This document shows, piece by piece, positions 59,720 through 64,000 of a DNA stretch of 64,000 bases. A program made the translations under genes and the position numbers. Location of the stretch: positions 1 to 64,000 of the forward strand of contig CAXHJY010000596.1 of the NCBI GenBank assembly GCA_964016885.1. Direction: 5' to 3'. This stretch comes from Eledone cirrhosa (Eukaryota). Every line of letters begins with the position of its first letter. The stretch's first letter is position 1. The notes beneath the pieces were generated by a model. That model was not told where the DNA came from, did no database searches, and worked only from the letters and a program-made list of their open reading frames with translations.

Positions 59720-60750
59720 TTCGTCAGTGGCACCTTCCTGAATATCAGGGCAGAGAAAGTATTCTTCCTGGTGTGTCTATAGTGTATTAGGTTTTCCGAA
59801 TTCAAATTTGTGGCCGATTTTAGTTTGATGATCACGGCCATTTCAACCAGACACAACCTGCAATGGCTTCCCTCTGTAGGAAGTTGGGCCACGTGTCTCA
59901 TAACTGACCATTTGATCTGGTATTTCAATTTCTTGACCTTGAAGTCCCAAATCAAATCTGCCGGTTTGGTTTGGGAGCGTTTTAGTCTGTGGTTGACGGA
60001 GTTTTTGTGGTTGTAAAGTCGCTGCTTAAAGGTAGGTCGTGGTCGCAGCTGTATAGGTGTATTCATCTCGGCCGGCCGTGACATCGCACTGGTACACCAT
60101 TTTCTTGATGAGGCACTCCCCGCTCAGTAGGCATTCCTCTGACTTTTTACTGTTGCACCTGGGGGCTATTGCATTGTTGTTATATTGCTGGTTGGTCAGA
60201 TTTTGGTTGGAGTTAGCATATAGTTGAGCGTTGTAATATATTATCTGTGTGGTGTTGTTTTGGACTGTGCTAGTGGTTGCTTGGGGTGCTTGCTTGTGTT
60301 TGTGTATTATGGTCCTATTACTGTATGCTGTGGTGTCGGTTAGATTGGGTGTTGGGGAGAATGAGAATTTTACTGTGTGTCTTTTAAAGATTTATGTGTG
60401 GGTGGAAAGGATTGGTCGAGGGCCCTGGAGAATGTTCCTGGCACATTGATAACAACGTGTATAGAGTACGGGGCGTTGTACCATGTCACGGTTCTGCTCC
60501 GGACCTTACTGCGTTTAGTGCGGCTAATTTCTCTCCAGGGGTAGCATCCACGAACATGACACTCTGGTATCTCTGGTTGTCGTACCATGAAGTGGCTTTC
60601 CCTATCTTATGTTTAGTCCTATCTAAGCTATTCCATGATTTGCTCCTGTATAATAGACAAATTCCTTTCATGTCCATTTATATGAGGGTCTTATATTTCT
60701 CGGTGGCTCCTTTGTATACTCTGATTCTGTTTCTTTGGTTGTAGCCAGAG
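59720..60750 (-). pseudogene. Penelope-like element fragment: RT C-terminal region plus GIY-YIG endonuclease, decayed
   Basis: RTVTWYNAPYS..LDQSFPPTH; CN..C..C..VYQC; FKQRLYNHKNS..LIWDFK..IKWSV..CRLCLVE..LN. Confidence 0.85.
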
Positions 60751-60908
60751 AACTGCATGCGATTGATGAAGTGTTGGATGAAGACACATCCAACACTTCA
60801 TCAACCGCATATACACACACACACACACACACATATGTGTATACATATATGTACATATATACATAGACGCGCACAGACTTATATGTATACATATATTCAC
60901 ACACACAA

Positions 60909-60948
<40 letters not shown>

Positions 60949-61613
60949 ATTGCAATCGCTAAAATGACTACTCCGTGATATATCTTTTAAAGTCTGAGCG
61001 CTGGGTCTTAGATCAAGTGAATAGCCAGACAAGTGCAACAATAAATATGTGGAGTCCATTGACATTTCAATAGCTCAGCAGCCACCTATCGCGGTCTTAT
61101 CTTCAAGATGATAGTGTTTTTATGGCGGTTGTTATGGCGGAGTTACCAAAAGACGATAGAACCACTGCAAAGGAAGTTGTCTGATTACTGAGTTGTTATC
61201 TTTGGACATGGCAGCTAATGTGTAAAGAGGCGGGGGAATGGGTGATGGTGCTGCTGGTTGAGGGGTAGGGGGTGGATGACGGTGGTGTTTGGTTGGTGGT
61301 GGGGTGGGGTGTTTGGGTGGTAGTGCTGTTTGGCTAATTGTGGTGGTGTTTGGGTGGTGGTGGTGGTGTTTGGGTGGTGGTAGTGGTGGTTGGGTGGTGA
61401 TGGTGGAGAATGTGGTGTTGACGTCAGAAGCTTCCTTCTACAATCTGTTGTTCACTTGTTACTAAGGTGTGCTATCTGTCGACGTTGTTGTTGTTGTTAC
61501 TGTTTCTGTTATGGATATAAAGAGAACTTCCTAAACCTTCGTCCATACTGCTTCCATATGTCTTATGTAGTCTACACACACACACACACACACACACACA
61601 ATTTGTACCTATA

Positions 61614-61660
<47 letters not shown>

Positions 61661-61699
61661 AAATATAAAACAATCAAGTCTTAGTTTAATACATTTAAT

Positions 61700-61746
61700 T
61701 GCTGACAATTGTTTCTTCCAGACGAATGTCTGGATTCATCAGAGCA
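61700..61746 (-). ncRNA. Canonical type I hammerhead ribozyme motif
   Basis: tgct-CTGATGA-a tccagac attc gtctgga a-GAAA-caattg-TC-agca; palindromic stem III. Confidence 0.92.
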
Positions 61747-61828
61747 TACAGAATGTTTAAACAGGTAATTAAAATCCTACATATTTATAATAAAATATAA
61801 GCCATATATAAGTATAAATTATTATTAC

Positions 61829-61862
<34 letters not shown>

Positions 61863-61863
61863 T

Positions 61864-61973
<110 letters not shown>

Positions 61974-62075
61974 ATGTATGTATAGTGTAATTGCCAATAT
62001 ACTGTATGTTTAATTAAAAACATTTAGAAGACAATACGCTATCAGTTTTAAAGTAGTGACTATGTGATTTACTTC

Positions 62076-62166
62076 TTTTCGGCGAAAGAAGGGAGAGAAG
62101 CTAACAGCCTGTTTCACGCTGATTGGCGTTCATCAGAGCCACGTCCTCCCCTGCTTTCACCGAAAA
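62076..62166 (-). ncRNA. Type I hammerhead motif with long extended stem I
   Basis: ggct-CTGATGA-acgc caatca gcgt-GAAA-caggctg-TT-agct; outer ttttcggtgaaag / ctttcgccgaaaa pairing. Confidence 0.85.
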
Positions 62167-62224
62167 TTATAGAAGCTGGATTCTTATAGAATTCCAGTAA
62201 TAATCAGGAGCTGATTATACAGAG

Positions 62225-62288
<64 letters not shown>

Positions 62289-62708
62289 CTCTGTATAATC
62301 AGCTCCTGATTATTACTGGAATTACTGTATATATATGCATATATATACATACACATATATGCACATATATATATATGCATATATATATATATATATGTAT
62401 GTATGTATATATACACACACACACATATGTATATATATATATATATATATATACATATGTGTGTGTGTGTGTGTGTGTGTATACATACATACATATATAT
62501 ATATATGCATATATATATATGTGCATATATGTGTATGTATATATATGCATATATATATACACACATACATACATATATACACATATATACATACATACAT
62601 ACACATATATACATACATACACACACATATATACATACATACACACACACATATACATACATACACACACACACACATACATACATACACACACACACAC
62701 ACATACAT

Positions 62709-62794
<86 letters not shown>

Positions 62795-62856
62795 CTCTGT
62801 ATAATCACCTCCTGATTATTACTGGAATTCTATAAGAATCCAGCTTCTATAATTTT
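62163..62856. repeat. Nested inverted repeats separated by TA/CA microsatellites
   Basis: 62163-62226 is mirrored at 62288-62322 (partly) and 62793-62856. Confidence 0.9.
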
Positions 62857-63071
62857 GTATGTATGTATGTATGTATGTATATATGTGTATGTGTATATAT
62901 GTATGTATGTATATGTGTGTATGTATGTATGTATGTATGTATGTGTATATGTATGTATGTATATGTATGTATATATATATATGTATATATATATATCTGT
63001 ATGTGTGTATATGTGTGTGTATGTATATATGTATGTATGTATATGCATGCATATATACATGCATGCGTGTG

Positions 63072-63660
63072 CTGGTAACAACATGTATCCCAGTACAACC
63101 TGTCCCATGGTCGGGTCGTTGGCGACTAAACTGGCAACCCCACCAAGGTTTCTTGGTGAGGAAGGTAACTTTGGACATCCTGCAGGACTAAAAACAAAAC
63201 CTGTCAAAGGGCAAAGGAGCTCAATGGTCATCCAAAGAGTCAATGGTCATCCAGAATCACCGGGAGAGATGACCCCTTAGCCTTTGTCAAGGGAGAAGGA
63301 AAACTCTGATATAACACCTGCAACCCTGATGGTATCCAATGATGTTGACTTGTTCTTCTTTTTGGTAAATATCATCTTGGTTAAGAGAGTGGGACTGGCT
63401 TTGTGCAGTGCCTTTGCTCACTATAAAAGCTTCACGGCACAGGCATTGCTTTATATCTGGAGATCTTTCTGCACTTGTCGTCACATGGTACCATGAGCCC
63501 AGCACTGTGTGTCAATAATTGTCACAAGTGTAGTGTTTGTACCAGAGTTTTCAAGTCGCTGGCTGGACGAAAAAGTCACACTTGTTCAGCGCATCGGTAG
63601 GGGTTCTCCTACATGGATATAAAGTAGTGGCCGTACTCGAAAACGAGTTGGCAGCCACCA
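63072..63660 (+). mobile_element. Longest copy of the bipartite non-autonomous RTE-like element: 5'UTR-like part, zinc-finger/3'UTR part, (AT)n tail
   Basis: Structured 5' end ..ggcgactaaactggcaacccc; 3' CHKCSVCTRVFKSLAG..H..H* remnant. Confidence 0.6.
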
Positions 63661-63710
63661 TATATATGCATATATATGTAGGTATTTATATATATATATA
63701 TAATACAAGG

Positions 63711-64000
63711 ATGATTGGTTACTCCTTCATTACATTTATTGGTTGGTGACGCGCGTTTCGCTATTGATCAGCTCAAGGTTCGATCTGTATCGATCAGGCC
63801 CGACGCTCGAATCAAAAGCTCGTCGGACCTCTATAGTAGTAATGACAGAATGAATATACATGGTATAGAAATGTCTAATGTTCCTACGTTGGTCAGTTTA
63901 CATTGTTTTGATTGGTGGGTTAATTAAGAGGAATGTTTGGGGGTCTGTAAGATAGGTGGTGGGGAGGAGGGGGGAGTGTAGTGACGAGGTGGTGATGGGG
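63711..64000 (-). mobile_element. Hammerhead-bearing repeat, second copy of 53376-53665
   Basis: Near-identical over ~290 bp, includes hammerhead 63745-63829. Confidence 0.85.

Overview
Repeat-saturated, AT-rich eukaryotic DNA with no recognisable host gene. The SINE families and microsatellite load suggest a cephalopod (octopus-like) genome; this is inference. Nearly all long ORFs in the track are microsatellite translations. Real content: (TA)n/(CA)n/(CAC)n microsatellites; minisatellites with 17, 23, 27, 33, 34 and 67 bp units; two tRNA-derived SINE families; decayed R4/Dong-type, RTE and Penelope-like (PLE, GIY-YIG) retroelements; non-autonomous Helitrons; a pogo/Tigger-like MITE. The main finding is about ten unrelated type I hammerhead ribozyme motifs (14+ copies) read directly from the sequence. 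They include minimal, long-stem-II, U4C and compensatory U3-A8 core variants. They lie in short islands between (TA)n tracts, many of which are long fold-back palindromes, consistent with a dense population of (TA)n-associated PLE-derived or retrozyme-like elements. All RNA structures were folded by eye and none has been tested; repeat boundaries are approximate.
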